DNA of 64,000 nt, taken from NCBI GenBank assembly GCA_052426225.1, contig JBNJNM010000006.1:2728001-2792000 (forward strand), given 5' to 3'. The translations under genes and the position numbers were made by a program. This stretch comes from Zancudomyces culisetae HAW-14-8 (taxonomy: Eukaryota; Fungi; Kickxellomycota). The notes under the pieces were generated by a model. It worked only from the letters and a program-made list of their open reading frames with translations. It was not told where the DNA came from and did not search any database. Positions 49,972-62,695 of the stretch are shown here, one piece after another; positions within the stretch are counted from its first letter, which is position 1; every line of letters begins with the position of its first letter.

Positions 49972-51415
49972 ATGTTCAGTATCCGCAAACCCACAATCTT
50001 GGAAACATTCAAAAACAAATACAACGTTATACTTAAAGAAGCCTGGCTGGACTCGTGCATTTCACAATTTACCACCAATCAAAATACAAGCGCACCAGAG
50101 CTACTCGACACCTTTGTATTCTCGCGTTTTTTGGATTCCAGACTATCAAACTCTACCAATCCTTCACTGGACCTTTCCACCAAGCATTTCCATATCTTGG
50201 AGATCATCGATATCCAGGATGTCGGTATCAGCAAGTTCAAGCTGTACACCGCGATAAAGCTGAAAAACGACGCCCGCAACCAAACAACCCAAATCAATTT
50301 GTTGAACAACAGCATTTACGCCCAAAAGATTCTCAACCAAGCGTCCGAAATCAAACGCTCCGGTCTTCAGGATGGAAATTTACCAGGACAGGGTGTACAC
50401 CCGGGCCAGGGACCCCAGGGTCACGGTCAGGACCAGGGAAACGACGACGATTTTTTTGAATTTGGAGACGAAAATGACAAAGAGTAGGTTCTACTTTCTA
50501 CTTTTTATTCTCTACTTTCCTTCCAATAATAACCCTGTGATATATGCTTCATTTATTACATGATCCTTTCTGTGCTTATTTCATTTATTTTATTCTCAAT
50601 TTATCCATTGAGACGATTTAGCTGGAAATACATTTCACAACTACACTAATTAAATATAGGAACAATCCCCAAGGATACAACCCAGAATTCAGCAAGTATC
50701 ACCACTATCACTATTTCTCCTCCCCCCTCCCACCCTTTACTTTTAGTTTTTTCCTTTTTATTTGTCTCTAAATTGTTTATCTACTCTAACAATAGATCCC
50801 TTAGATACAGTTGTCAACGGGTTGCCCCGAAACATGCTCAAACTGGTTTTGTCTGATGGTGCATCCCAGCTTGTAGGCTTGGAGCTTAATGAAAGAAACA
50901 AAAACCTGGATCTACACGTGTGCCTGCCATTGGGAACCAAGGTAAGCCACACCCCCATCCCCCTCCTTACCTCACTTCTTTCATATTTTTATTCCTCCTT
51001 AATACTTGTGTTTAGTCCCCAGTACATCATATTCGCTTTTCCATGTTTTTTTTTATTTGGTATCCACACAAAAATTCATTTTTTTAAAAAAAAAAGTACA
51101 CAAGAAACCATATATATCTCTGTCTGTCTCTCACTCTCACTCTCACTCTCTCCCCCTATCCCTTTGTTCCAATAACAAACTTTTAATAAACATTAATACA
51201 TTGATGAACTGATACATTGGTAGGTTCTCTTAAAAAACCCAAATACGCTCGCACCTTCAAACATTGTCGTCCTTGACAACGAGTCAATAGAACTACTGGG
51301 CGGTTGTGGTTACCAAAACACCACAGCAAACGAAAAAATTCTTCTGGACCGGCTTGCCCAGGACCTTGGAATTCCTACCGGAAATGGAGCACCCAATCTT
51401 CAGCAGTCCAGGTAA
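49972..51415 (+). CDS. RMI1: RMI1-like protein (N-terminal helical domain and OB-fold), multi-exon
   Basis: [35 protein letters not shown]|VLL, LLGG; last exon 51224-51415. Confidence 0.75.
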
Positions 51416-51893
51416 TCGGCCGCCATCATTAGTTCTAGCGCGATCTCAGGCTCGATTGGAAATTCGGGAATTTCCATGTACACCTGCGCAGCTGCTGAAT
51501 TAGCAGAGTACTTCCACTTGTATATTAGATATTTGCATACTTGGTTCAGAATCCTACCTCTATTAAACAATAATTTTTGTTTTTTTTTGATAAATGTTTG
51601 CTTAAATGAACAACAATATCTCGATGAGAAGACCATTCTAGTCTCTTTTTTTTGTTAAACCTCCTTTAAATTTTAAACATAAATACATTTAGGTATTACT
51701 CTATATCTGGGAATACAATTTCATTGCTCGTGGCTTCGGCAAACTGAGCAATTTCGTCATCGTCAGCTCCGAGATCATACCCCTCTAACATTCGACTGAT
51801 CGTTCCGGACTGCACGGCAATTTCCTTATCCAGATAAAATTCATAGTCGTCGCCGCTAATGATTCTTACTTTTGGTGACTGATTTTGGATCAT
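51400..51893 (-). CDS. ELC1: Elongin C, 2 exons
   Basis: [39 protein letters not shown]; intron 51699-51560. Confidence 0.95.
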
Positions 51894-52373
51894 TTTTTAC
51901 ACCTTCACTATTTTTTTCTTTTATACCTGAATCCAAGCTTTTTGGGATCTTGAAAATGTATTTAATAATGTGGGTAAAAGTTTGCGTAAAAAATGAGATT
52001 ATCATAAAACTATTTTTCTAAAATAAATAAATTGATCCAATTCCATTTGTAATAATTTCAGATTTAACAAAAAAAAAAAGCAAATACCATTGAGCTACTG
52101 CTGCACCAAACGGTATTTAACCCTCCATGATTCGCAAAAGTTGTTGGTTTGTGTTCTTTAATTCTCATAATGTCCAAGTGGTATCAATAACAATGCTGGT
52201 AATAATAATGCTAAAAGTAATAAAAGGTAAAATTGTATAAACAATAGCGAACATGAGAAAAACGTACAAGTACTACAAAAGCTAAACGGATGCACAACAA
52301 AAAAAAAAGCCGCATGAATAAAACTATCATGCTAAGCAGCATCAACATTAGTGATAATGATAATAATAACAGA

Positions 52374-54902
52374 TTAATAGGAATGCTTAACGACCCAGTC
52401 AATGGCATCGGCAACATTGTGGTTTGCAGCCTTGGTGTACCAGGCCTTTGCAGTGGAAAGATCTTTGGAAAAAGGCAACTCTAGTGTTTTAGTCATGGAG
52501 GATGAAATAATTGTAGTTTCGGGATCGTGGAACCAAGCAAGTTTGTATTCAGCGGTTGGATATCCTTGCACAGCAGACTTTTCGCACCATCTATATGCTT
52601 GAGAAAGAAACTCTAGTTGGTTGGGGGATTCAGATAGCTCATTCTTAGCCTTGGCCAGGTACATTCTGCACAGCGAATATTGCGCTTCCTTGTGGCCAAG
52701 GTTTGCAGCTGTATGATAGGAAGCAAAGGCAATGCGGTGACTCCTCAAAAACTCATGGTCGCCAGTTTCGTGCAGACAGCCCAACAGATAGTGTGCTGGA
52801 GGGTATCCAAGGGTGGCAGCATGAAACAGCGACGAGTGGGCCAGCTCAGGGTTGTAAGGAAACTCAGAAGATACGTCTATATGGACAGGTGGCTCGTGAA
52901 GGTACATCAGAGCTAAACAGTACGCGCCATATGGACAATCCCGCGATGCAAACCGTGAAGAGAGCCGAAGGTATGCATGAGCATAGGAGAGATTCACAGA
53001 CAAACCTAGCTCGCCGCACAAATATGCTATGGCTAGACGGTACGCTGCGGCGGGCTCATTCAGATGCGAGGCAAAGATGTACCACTGAAACGCCTTTTTG
53101 AAGTTGCGTTCGTTTTCATAGTGGATTGCTAGTGTCATTGCCGAACTTGCGTGACCCAGTTTTGCAGCTGCTGCGTAGTACTTGATCGCCTTGAGAACAT
53201 TTTTCTGCTTGCTATATATTTTTCCGTTATAATACCAGTCTGCCTTGATAAATATAGCCTCGGCAACATTATCGCTGGCTAGTCGATCAACCCAATATTT
53301 GGCCAGTTCCAGTACACGACCTCGATCTGCCCTGAAGATTGCTGTTGGAAGCTTGTTTAGGAAATATTGCGCATATTTACTCACATTGTTTTGCTGTTTG
53401 TCCATTTCCTCCAACGTTTCGGCCGATTTAATCAGATATTTGGCGAACTCCAACTGAATAGAGATTCCTTCCCGACCTCGCTTGTTTTGCAGTTTTGCCA
53501 ATCGGTTATATTCTTCAATATCTCCTATTTTTAATTTGTTTGCTTTTGGTGATCCTTTTACCTCTGCCAGTGTACGATGTATCGACATTACTGACCCTCC
53601 GATCCTGGAATATCCCACTATCTCTCCCTTTTTATCTTTTTTCGTTTGATTGTCATCATTTGGTTTTCGAATCTCCCCTTCTTCTATCTCAAAAACCAGC
53701 GCATCCTTTTCTTTTTCTTCCTGATAACCCGCTAAATTTGGATCAGTTATATCATTTAATCTTGGATCTGTTTGAGAATCGTTTATCGGTAGAGTTCTCG
53801 TCAGCTCAGAAGTGTAGTCTACACAACTATTCTCGATATGCTTACCTCTATCTTCCAGATGCTTGACATTTTCGCCTTGCCCACCCCTGGGCGACATGGC
53901 CTTATACGCAGAATAAACTTCTTGTACCTCTTTGCTTTTTTGCAACAGCTCTTTTTCTTTTTCAACCGTGCTTTCATCCATACTTGTCATAGATACTGCT
54001 GAAATTGATATAATTGAAGGCGGTCGTCTGGAGTTTCTTTTTTGAGAAGTTCCCGCACTTTCAACACTACTACTTCTTGCTCTGCTATACGTATTTTGCG
54101 ATTCCGTAAAACTATCTTGGCTCTTGCTACATCTATTATCGCTGCTTTTTTGGGTTACACCGTATGTTTTGCCGTGCTTTAGGTCAAAATAAAATGGATT
54201 GTTGCTGTTGACCCGACTTTCCCTTGCGCTGTCCTTTGTTCTTGTTGATCCTCGTTTTTTAAATTCTTTTTCCTTCAGCTTATATAACGAAGCATCCGAA
54301 CCCTTTCTACTCTTTGTACTCTTGTTGCTCTTTATACTACCTGTACTAAATTTACGTCCTAGTTTTACACTTTTTCTTTTACTGTCATCTGTTGTGCCTA
54401 TGTCTCTGTTTAGTTCCGAAAAAAACTCGGAGACCTTTTCATCACCACTAGCATATGTTTCACCTGTAGATGATGTTGTGTTGTTTGGTGATCGATATAC
54501 ACCACTCATTGAATACCTAGACTCACTCCTCTCGTACGAAAGATTTGTTTTGGAACTCCCCCTCGTTCGGCTCAATAGCATCAAGTCGCTGTTGTTGTTA
54601 CTCACCGGTTCTGTAATACTTGGATCATATTTTACGTTTGTAAACAAACTATACGACAGTCCAGTATCTTGGGAATGTGCGTCTATATCGTTGTGTTTAT
54701 TGATATCCTCTTGTGTCTTAAGATTTCTCGCTTCAAAAGCCTGTGTACCGTCAAACCAATTTAGTATCTCCATATCACCCATTGTGGTGTCTTCTATGCT
54801 TAGTTTAGGCAACCCCATGAAAATGCTACTTTCTTGCCTTCGGCCGCTTCCCATAACCGCCATATTGATACTTATTTTGTCTTTGTTGTCTCTTTTGTGC
54901 AC
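52374..54902 (-). CDS. Sel1-repeat protein, chitin synthase activator Chs4/Skt5-like
   Basis: Ser-rich N-terminus then tandem Sel1 repeats (AAKLGH, AATLGYPPA, AANLGHKEAQY, AYRWCEKSA). Confidence 0.8.
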   Translation of the reverse strand: MHKRDNKDKISINMAVMGSGRRQESSIFMGLPKLSIEDTTMGDMEILNWFDGTQAFEARNLKTQEDINKHNDIDAHSQDTGLSYSLFTNVKYDPSITEPVSNNNSDLMLLSRTRGSSKTNLSYERSESRYSMSGVYRSPNNTTSSTGETYASGDEKVSEFFSELNRDIGTTDDSKRKSVKLGRKFSTGSIKSNKSTKSRKGSDASLYKLKEKEFKKRGSTRTKDSARESRVNSNNPFYFDLKHGKTYGVTQKSSDNRCSKSQDSFTESQNTYSRARSSSVESAGTSQKRNSRRPPSIISISAVSMTSMDESTVEKEKELLQKSKEVQEVYSAYKAMSPRGGQGENVKHLEDRGKHIENSCVDYTSELTRTLPINDSQTDPRLNDITDPNLAGYQEEKEKDALVFEIEEGEIRKPNDDNQTKKDKKGEIVGYSRIGGSVMSIHRTLAEVKGSPKANKLKIGDIEEYNRLAKLQNKRGREGISIQLEFAKYLIKSAETLEEMDKQQNNVSKYAQYFLNKLPTAIFRADRGRVLELAKYWVDRLASDNVAEAIFIKADWYYNGKIYSKQKNVLKAIKYYAAAAKLGHASSAMTLAIHYENERNFKKAFQWYIFASHLNEPAAAYRLAIAYLCGELGLSVNLSYAHAYLRLSSRFASRDCPYGAYCLALMYLHEPPVHIDVSSEFPYNPELAHSSLFHAATLGYPPAHYLLGCLHETGDHEFLRSHRIAFASYHTAANLGHKEAQYSLCRMYLAKAKNELSESPNQLEFLSQAYRWCEKSAVQGYPTAEYKLAWFHDPETTIISSSMTKTLELPFSKDLSTAKAWYTKAANHNVADAIDWVVKHSY

Positions 54903-57561
54903 TCTGTATGTGTATGCGTATATGTATGTTTATGTTTATGTTTATGTGCTTAAATGTGTGTATATGATGTGGCTGGCTATTTATCCTAGCTTTTTAAGTT
55001 TTTGAAAAGAAAGGCTAATGGTATTTAATCCCAATATGTTTGTTAGTGTTGGACTTAGTTTGCTTTTGGTGTTTTATACAATTTTTTTTTAGCAAGATCT
55101 TTTTTACGTATTTATATGGTGTAGTTTTGTTTATTTATTTTGTGTTCAAAACTTTGGAACTTGACTTTACGATAGTTACTATTTCCAGCCAGACGTTTTT
55201 TTTTATTACATAGCTTTTGCACCTGTGTCACTAAGTTACCAATTTTCGACAATATATATAAATCTGGTTTTATAAATCTGATATGTTCAAAAGTTGGAAT
55301 AAACAGTCCTGGATTATTCACTTTGTCGGTTTTATCGTTGTGATATCGCCTGTATTTTAACAAATGTTGATATGTGCTAAATCAATGGCTTTTAAAATAA
55401 TTCAAACTATCTCGATAAATAAGTATAACTTGAACCTGCAAACCTACAATATACCTTTTACTTAGCACTTCATTTTTAAAGGAATATCATCTGAATTTAT
55501 TGCTAGTTAATTACGTATTTGTGTCTTTACCTTGTGAAAGTGAAAGTGTAAGTGTAAGAGAGCAACAGGCAAATTGATCAGAGAATTAATAAGCAAATAT
55601 ATCAGCTTTGTTTGCATCAAATGAAATAACTCGATGTCTAATTTCATTTCACAACCCAAAATTTTCTACAAGTTTTAGACTTAGCAAATGAAATCGTCAT
55701 TCCGTCCCAACTTCCCATTTTGCACGATTTTTTTTTTGGTGTTTCTCATTTTTCAAAATAGCAATTATGATAGGTTTATTCCATAATTTTTTTCTAATTC
55801 CGAAATTTAAAAAAATAAAGTACACTCTTTGGGCAAATGTTTAATTGAGGGTTGGTGATGCTACCCCATCTCTACCAGCTTAGTGCCCACTCTTCAATAA
55901 TTCGTTCAAACTAGAAGCCCAGCTACTATTTATAGCGTTCTTGTACCATACTTAAAACGCATAAGAATACCATTGTATATTTGCGTCCCTAAAGCCGATA
56001 GTGCGGCCGGCATAATGCATTTTGTTCCAATACACATTTTTCTCGCTTTGAAACATTTCAACCTCTAAAAGGCTCAGCATTTCGGTACTTTGAGAGCATC
56101 ATCCACTTACCTTGTTTTAATTTATTTTATTCTGCATTTGGTCATCAAGTTGAGCAAACGCAAAGCCATGTTTGAGGTCTTTTGTTTCAGCTGTTGTCTC
56201 CATCTTTTAACAAGGTCTTGAATGATTCTTTGAACATTTATGGGCTCACTTTTTTTTTACTGCTTTTTCAAGACAAATAGTAAATTTTAACAAAGACAAA
56301 GGCCGAGCGATTAGAAGAGTTTGAATGTTTATGAGCACAAACTCAACAAGTAAAAATAACCTTTAGTCTTTCATAAGTACATAGACAGATTAGCATCATG
56401 TTCAAACATCATTCACTTTTCTGGTCAAACCAGCCTGGTAATAAACTGTCTATGTACAAAAATGACTGGTTAACACCTCGACACCACCCCACTCCATCCT
56501 CGCTCCCTTCTCAACTCGGTTTACTCGCCTACTCGGCTTAAGGATAATCACAAAAAAAATTGTTTCTTTTTTAAATATTTATTTTACACTCACTCTTATA
56601 CTGTAAATAGAAACACCAACTTAATTCCTACTTGGAATAACACTCTCTATTCACAGTGTGGAAAAGTAAAAGTCTTATATCGCCTTTTTTATTAAATAAT
56701 GTTATCAATGTATATCTAAACAACATATATAGCTTTTCCCATTCTCAATTCTGGCTACTAGACTTTAAACTTGTACCTAATCTACTAACCCTTTATCTTT
56801 CGGACTTTATGTATTTCGCTTTTGTTTATTTGCATTAATTCCCATTAATATATATTTGCGCCGGTTTATGTAATATACGTGACTAGTTGGAAATAGCTGG
56901 GATTGTTATTACTTAACTAACCATCTATTTTCTTAGCTATCCGCTTTAAAATATACTTTAAAGATCTTGTCTGTTCCCAACATTACCTTCGCCTATTTTT
57001 ATTTCAAGCTTGTTCATTTACTTGGTATACCAAACAGGTCGTTTTTAAACATGGCCGTTTGTTTAGCTTTTGAATGTCAACAAAAAGAAAAGGATGTATT
57101 AGTAAAATTCAGAGCCACTTAAAAGCTATATAATACCCCTAATATACACAGTCTCATGTGTTTGCGCTAGTTAAAATATACACCAAGCATAAGCCTATCC
57201 CTCTAGGGTTGGTATAATAACCTTGGTTTCTTTTGTGTTTTTAATGATATATAGAAACGTACATATCCTTTCGAATAGTGAAAAAAGGTAGCTGGAATCA
57301 GCACCAATAATATCCCTCACCCTCCTCCTCCCCTTTGGCACTGACACCATTTCTTCTATAAAAAAATCGCGAATATTTTATAATATCTTCAATATAGAAA
57401 GCTAGGATCTCAGAATCCAGTATTAAGTGAATGAAGTCAAAATATCATTAACTGTTGATAAAGTATATTGCCTTGTGTAAAAAAAATCAATCATATGCAT
57501 AAAAAAAGCACAAATAGGTAAGTGTATATAGTACGATATTTAAACGAGAAACTAAGTATGT

Positions 57562-58506
57562 TTAATCACTCTTGTGAAGCAATTTCTTGACACCTTCTTC
57601 ATACTCCTTCTTGTTTTTGGCAAAAATGTCTTTATATTTTTGTTTTTCTGATTCTGGCAATGCTCTCCACTGAGTGGCAATATCTTTGAAGTGGTCAGTT
57701 ACTTTCTTTGACTTGTCAGATTTGACTGAAGCGAAACGGTCAGCGAAAAACAATGAAAATGAAGTCGCTGGTCTCTTTGGAAGACGGGGATCGTCAAGCA
57801 ATCTTAATTCTGACTTCTCCTCGTTCTTTAGAGTAACGTTTCTTCTCCTTCTACGGGAGTTTTCAAGTTTAACGAGATCTATATCAGTAGTAGCCCACCA
57901 CTTTTCTGCCTCTTCTTTTCTACGCGCGTTTTCCTCCTTGGCTTTGGCAATGTATTCATGCTTTTGTGCATCGGTCAAGGATTTCCAGCTTTGGGCAGCA
58001 TCTTGCATATTTTTCTTTACGGAGCCAGTTTGCTGTTTGAAAAACTCGATCACAAAGGCAACATAGGGTGTTATTGCTCTCGAGCTTGGTGGTCGTAAAA
58101 GTGCTGTCTTTCTGTTGATCTTGGCTTCGCGGATAGCGGCTTTTGTTGGTGCTCTCTTTGTGCGACCAACTCCGAGTTTCTTGACCTTCTTGGCCTTTGG
58201 CTTCTTTGCCTTCTTGACCTTCTTGGGCTTCTTCGCCTTTTGAGGTTTTTTAGCTTTGCTAGCCCTTTTAGTTTGTGAAGACTTTCTTGTTACACCAGCA
58301 GATTTTCCGGCTCTTCCCTTGGTCGCGTTTGAATTTGTATTTCTAGCTACAAGATTGGATGACGTCAGGCTAAAAGCCCTAACAGCAACAGCCCTCAAAT
58401 TGGCACTTGAGACTACATTCTTACAGACTGAAAGGCGAATGTTCGAGATTCCCTTGGATAATATCGGCCTTGATTGAATTGTGATTTTCGTTACTAGTCC
58501 AGACAT
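57562..58506 (-). CDS. Mitochondrial dual HMG-box protein (Abf2/TFAM-like)
   Basis: Presequence; HMG boxes (PYVAF..WKSLTDAQKHEY; PKRPATSFSLF..WRALPESEKQKY). Confidence 0.85.
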   Translation of the reverse strand: MSGLVTKITIQSRPILSKGISNIRLSVCKNVVSSANLRAVAVRAFSLTSSNLVARNTNSNATKGRAGKSAGVTRKSSQTKRASKAKKPQKAKKPKKVKKAKKPKAKKVKKLGVGRTKRAPTKAAIREAKINRKTALLRPPSSRAITPYVAFVIEFFKQQTGSVKKNMQDAAQSWKSLTDAQKHEYIAKAKEENARRKEEAEKWWATTDIDLVKLENSRRRRRNVTLKNEEKSELRLLDDPRLPKRPATSFSLFFADRFASVKSDKSKKVTDHFKDIATQWRALPESEKQKYKDIFAKNKKEYEEGVKKLLHKSD

Positions 58507-59740
58507 GATGTATATTATTTCTTTATATTTTCGTTGTATGTTTTAATATTCTCTTCAAAGCGTGTAAAATATCAGAAATTATAATATTTTTTAGTGGATA
58601 TTTGAACGAAAAATTTTAGCAATTATAATCACCAAAGCTAGCGGCTAATGAAAACAACACTTAGTGTTTTTGCTTTAATTTACCATGTCACAGGTTGCAA
58701 AAGTTGCTGCAATTATATAATGTTGCATTTAAAGCCCAGCCAATGGCTGCAAAATTATTAACCTCCTGCGAAGCCCTCCTGAAATATTATTTTACTACAG
58801 ATAAGTTTTTGTCAAATTGTGTTTACATTTTAAATTGCTATTCTTTGTAAACATGAAGATAAGCTTCGTGGAATTGACTATTTCTATTGGATTCTTCTCT
58901 ACGTGTTGCTAGCACAGTCAAGAAAAAAAGACTAAAACAATTCATATCAGCCAAATCTTGTGTTGAGAAAAGATTGCTGAAAAGTACACTAGCGCTGATA
59001 ATAGAGATATCTCAAGTTTATTAGAGGTTGTATGGTTCTCCTGTCCAATAAACAAAAAAAAACCTCAACACATCTTCAGTCACGAAAGGTTTTTCTTTTA
59101 CAAGATAAGAGATGCCTGCACAATCTACCAGGAAAACGGACACTTAATGCGCAAAAAGCTTTTGTGTAGGGTTCTGTTCTTCTAAAAAAAACCAAAAAAA
59201 AAAAGAGTAGCTAAACCCTGGTAAAGAAGCAGCGTGGACATATTTCATGGTTGAAAACAAAAGTTTGTACAAGTGCTTGAGTTTTCTACGCAGGCTAGTA
59301 TTATTATACCGAGGTAATCATGATAAAAGAGAAAAAGCCAGCTTTCTAAAGCTCGGCTAAAAAAAAATGCTGTACTTCAAACCACTTGGCAGGGTAGCTT
59401 CGGCCAATTTTGCTTTATATATCACACTGTCAAGTGTCTGTCACTTTTTGGGTTGATATTGATACTAGCTAATAGTGTATGGTAGCTCAACCTACAAGCC
59501 GTCTTTCTTAAATACGCGAAAGTTAACTCTACAACTTTGTCCAACTTGTTTATTATTTACTTGTTTTTTTTAGAAAAAAAGTGCCACATGGTAAAATTGG
59601 TAGCTCAGGGTGAGGGTGATTAATAAGACCAAGTAAAATGCTATTAAAGTATAATTATTGAGACGGTACCATACCTTTACTAGCGTCACTGAGAGAGGGA
59701 GATTGGATTGAAAAAATAAAATAAAAATAAAAGGAATAAA

Positions 59741-61576
59741 CTAGTAAGGTTGTGGTAGGGCTAAATGAGGGATATAAACCTGGTAGGGTACAGTACCATC
59801 ATTGCTCGCTTTTTGTACATGTATATGAGCAATCACACCCTTTGATGAAAGATCTTCTGCAAAAGAAGCAAAGTTTCTTCGGCCTAGCAACTTTTTATTG
59901 TTATTTGGAGGGGTCTTTCCATTGACGTCTTGAGTAAAAAGCTCGTACATAATCTCGTCAGTATATTCATCTAGATCAAATGTTTTTGAACCATAGTGTG
60001 CGAGGCGTATCACAGAGTTAGGCGGAGGAGTGTTAACTATAGCCGAAGAAATAATTTGCTGCATCATTCTGTAGTCATTCTCGGGAAGAAGCTTCAATTT
60101 TCTGGTTGCAAACCGGCCAGCTCCACAACAGTGGACATCACCAGCAACAAATGTTACTCTGATTCCTCTTGATTTTGCCAGGAGCTGAAGTCGCAAAATA
60201 AATTGTTTTCTTTCTTTCATGTGAATTGCGGCAGTCCAGTGATCATTTAAGTCGTCCAATAATTCTGGTTCGCCAAACTGATTCATAACACTGGCTAATG
60301 TTCCATCTTCTTTGAAAACGCCTAGTGAAGTTAGCCCCGACTTTTTCATAAAGTTCATTCCTGATTCCACATAAGTCAGTCTGGGGTACAGAATGGGTAC
60401 GCCAAGCAACACAAAGAGATGTCTAGTTGATGGTGGCAGGTTATCCAATCGTGCAAAGATTTCATGGTATGCATTGTCACTAACTATTTTGGGCAGAGTG
60501 CGCTCATAGCGAGTGTCAACACCAATAACTGAACTAAAAGGTCCCATTTGCTTTAAAAATGTAAAGCCTGTGTTTCCAAAATATCCATGTTTTCGGGAAA
60601 GATCAATATTTGTCTGCGCCTGGAATAGGAGCCAATACTTGAACACATACTTTTTTATTCCCTGGAACACATTTGAGTTAAGTAGATATTCAGGGTATGA
60701 TCCCCACCCATCAAAAATGTCGTGATCATCAATAATAAACGAGGATGGTATTGTTGTGAGCGCATCCGTAAATCTGTTTGTGTGGAAAAACCTCTGCACG
60801 TATATAATAAAGTAAAAGTTATCGATGAATTTCTCCATATCTGGTGTAAATGGGTACTGGCACCTATCTTCCTTGTTCCGAACCTTTAGGTAGTTTAACC
60901 AAACACGTCCTTTCCACAACGCATCCGCATATAGCTGATCCCCTCCCCCAAACATTACATTAAACGGGAATGTTTCATGCTTGTTTAAAAGATCATCCCA
61001 CACCACATTATCCCCACCAAGCTCGTTTTTTCTCTCTTCTGATACATTTGCTGACCATCCGTTACAAGTAAAGAAACACCATCTCCATCCACTTGTTTGA
61101 CTTGGAACGGTAAATTTATAATACAACTTGTCATTATTGATTTCATAGAATATTTGCTTTTCGATACTGTAATCTAGCGTTACCCGAACATCAAATCTGT
61201 AGAACAATGTTTGCTCAAATTCCCCTATCTTTGTTGGTGTACCCAGAGTGGTTACGTTGATCGTGTGGTCATAAAATGTTATTGTTGGAACAGATGATGA
61301 TCGTGGTACCAATACCATGACGCTTCCCACCCATTCTGCTGTTGTCAAATCTGTGTCGACAAACATAATGATTGGTCCTAGAATCCCATCCCTTCTGCGA
61401 TTGTGTTTTGGCATACCATTTTCGTTAAAATGCGTATAGTAGTTGTAGTCGCTTTCTTTGAGATCTTTTGGAAATTCTCCAAACATCTCCTTGGGATTTA
61501 TGCGGTTTGCATCTGGACTTTGGCTATCTTTTTGGTTCTTTTGAAATTCCTCTGGGTTTAGTGCTGGAAAATCCAT
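59741..61576 (-). CDS. PhoD-like phosphatase (fungal PhoD_2 type)
   Basis: GGGDQLYAD, DDHDIFDGWGSY, DTRYER, DDLNDHW, GDVH. Confidence 0.88.
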   Translation of the reverse strand: MDFPALNPEEFQKNQKDSQSPDANRINPKEMFGEFPKDLKESDYNYYTHFNENGMPKHNRRRDGILGPIIMFVDTDLTTAEWVGSVMVLVPRSSSVPTITFYDHTINVTTLGTPTKIGEFEQTLFYRFDVRVTLDYSIEKQIFYEINNDKLYYKFTVPSQTSGWRWCFFTCNGWSANVSEERKNELGGDNVVWDDLLNKHETFPFNVMFGGGDQLYADALWKGRVWLNYLKVRNKEDRCQYPFTPDMEKFIDNFYFIIYVQRFFHTNRFTDALTTIPSSFIIDDHDIFDGWGSYPEYLLNSNVFQGIKKYVFKYWLLFQAQTNIDLSRKHGYFGNTGFTFLKQMGPFSSVIGVDTRYERTLPKIVSDNAYHEIFARLDNLPPSTRHLFVLLGVPILYPRLTYVESGMNFMKKSGLTSLGVFKEDGTLASVMNQFGEPELLDDLNDHWTAAIHMKERKQFILRLQLLAKSRGIRVTFVAGDVHCCGAGRFATRKLKLLPENDYRMMQQIISSAIVNTPPPNSVIRLAHYGSKTFDLDEYTDEIMYELFTQDVNGKTPPNNNKKLLGRRNFASFAEDLSSKGVIAHIHVQKASNDGTVPYQVYIPHLALPQPY

Positions 61577-62667
61577 TTTTGTTTCCGTGTGTCAGTGGTT
61601 GCGCTATGTATAATTAAAAAATAATTATGATCGGGTCACACTTGGAAAAGAGTGAAAACTAGTTGTTTAAGAATAATACTTTTTAAATATATCCTGTAAG
61701 CGGATAAAAAGCGGAGTTCAGTTTTGTAGTCTTATATTTTTTTTTCTGGGATACAGAAACAAGTCTTGGGGTTTTGCTTATATTACCCAAATAAAAATAT
61801 TGCCGCGAATAATCAATTTGGTATCATCCCAGTAAATAGTGTAAATCACAGCTACACTATTTGTTTGTTCGGTGACTTGTTTGCATAAGCAAGTACTTTT
61901 TTCAGCTAAACCAAGCGAAATTTGTATTTAAAAAAAACTGCAGAATCGTGAGGGAATTAACTGAACAAACAGTCTACACAGGCTATTTTACCCCCTTGAA
62001 TACACCCAAGGTTTATCACATTGTCAAAAATTCACGTTGGTTTTCATCACTATTTATTTGCCTCTTCATTCATTTTTTTGTAATATCGTCCCAAAACCAC
62101 AGATAATTACTGGAGATATTATGCAGTAGACGCATATCGCCAAGCCAACTGATAAATTGGTCTTTATGTCGTGTTGCGACCTAATATTGTAACTTTATTT
62201 GATATCTCCTTTTTAACTAACTCTAAATACTTACTGCTCAAAATACTGACTAACCAACTAACTAACTAACTCCTTTTTCAAGTCTTTATCTTCCTATTAT
62301 CCTTATCTCTAATTCACTGTGAGTTATCCAATTTACGTTAATATTTATTATCTAGAATTACTACTGTCAACCACAACAATAGTTTATACTACTACAAATT
62401 TTGAATAAATTCAAAATAGATTATCACTAGGGTCATTTGATCAATTATATGCTTGGCAGTTACCTGTACTTTACATCACCATCACTATATAATTTTGTTA
62501 AGGTTTGCCTTTCGTGGATACAAATATGTTTTTAGTAGGTGAATTGTAAATGCAAACTTGAACATTTCACCTATCTAGCTTGTTGAACTTTTTCAGATTC
62601 ATGACATGCCATGCCATCGTGGTAATACGTTGGTTGAACGTTCTTACTAACATATCTCGATTAGCTA

Positions 62668-62695
62668 ATATAATAATAATAATAATAATAATAAT
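62668..62695 (+). repeat. (AAT)n microsatellite
   Basis: About 9 units. Confidence 0.85.

Noticed and set aside
54199-55005. 268-aa plus-strand ORF
   Set aside because: Antisense shadow of the Ser/Lys-rich part of the Sel1-repeat gene.
59595-59670. tRNA-like TAGCTCAG motif
   Set aside because: No T-loop GTTCRA and no cloverleaf pairing.
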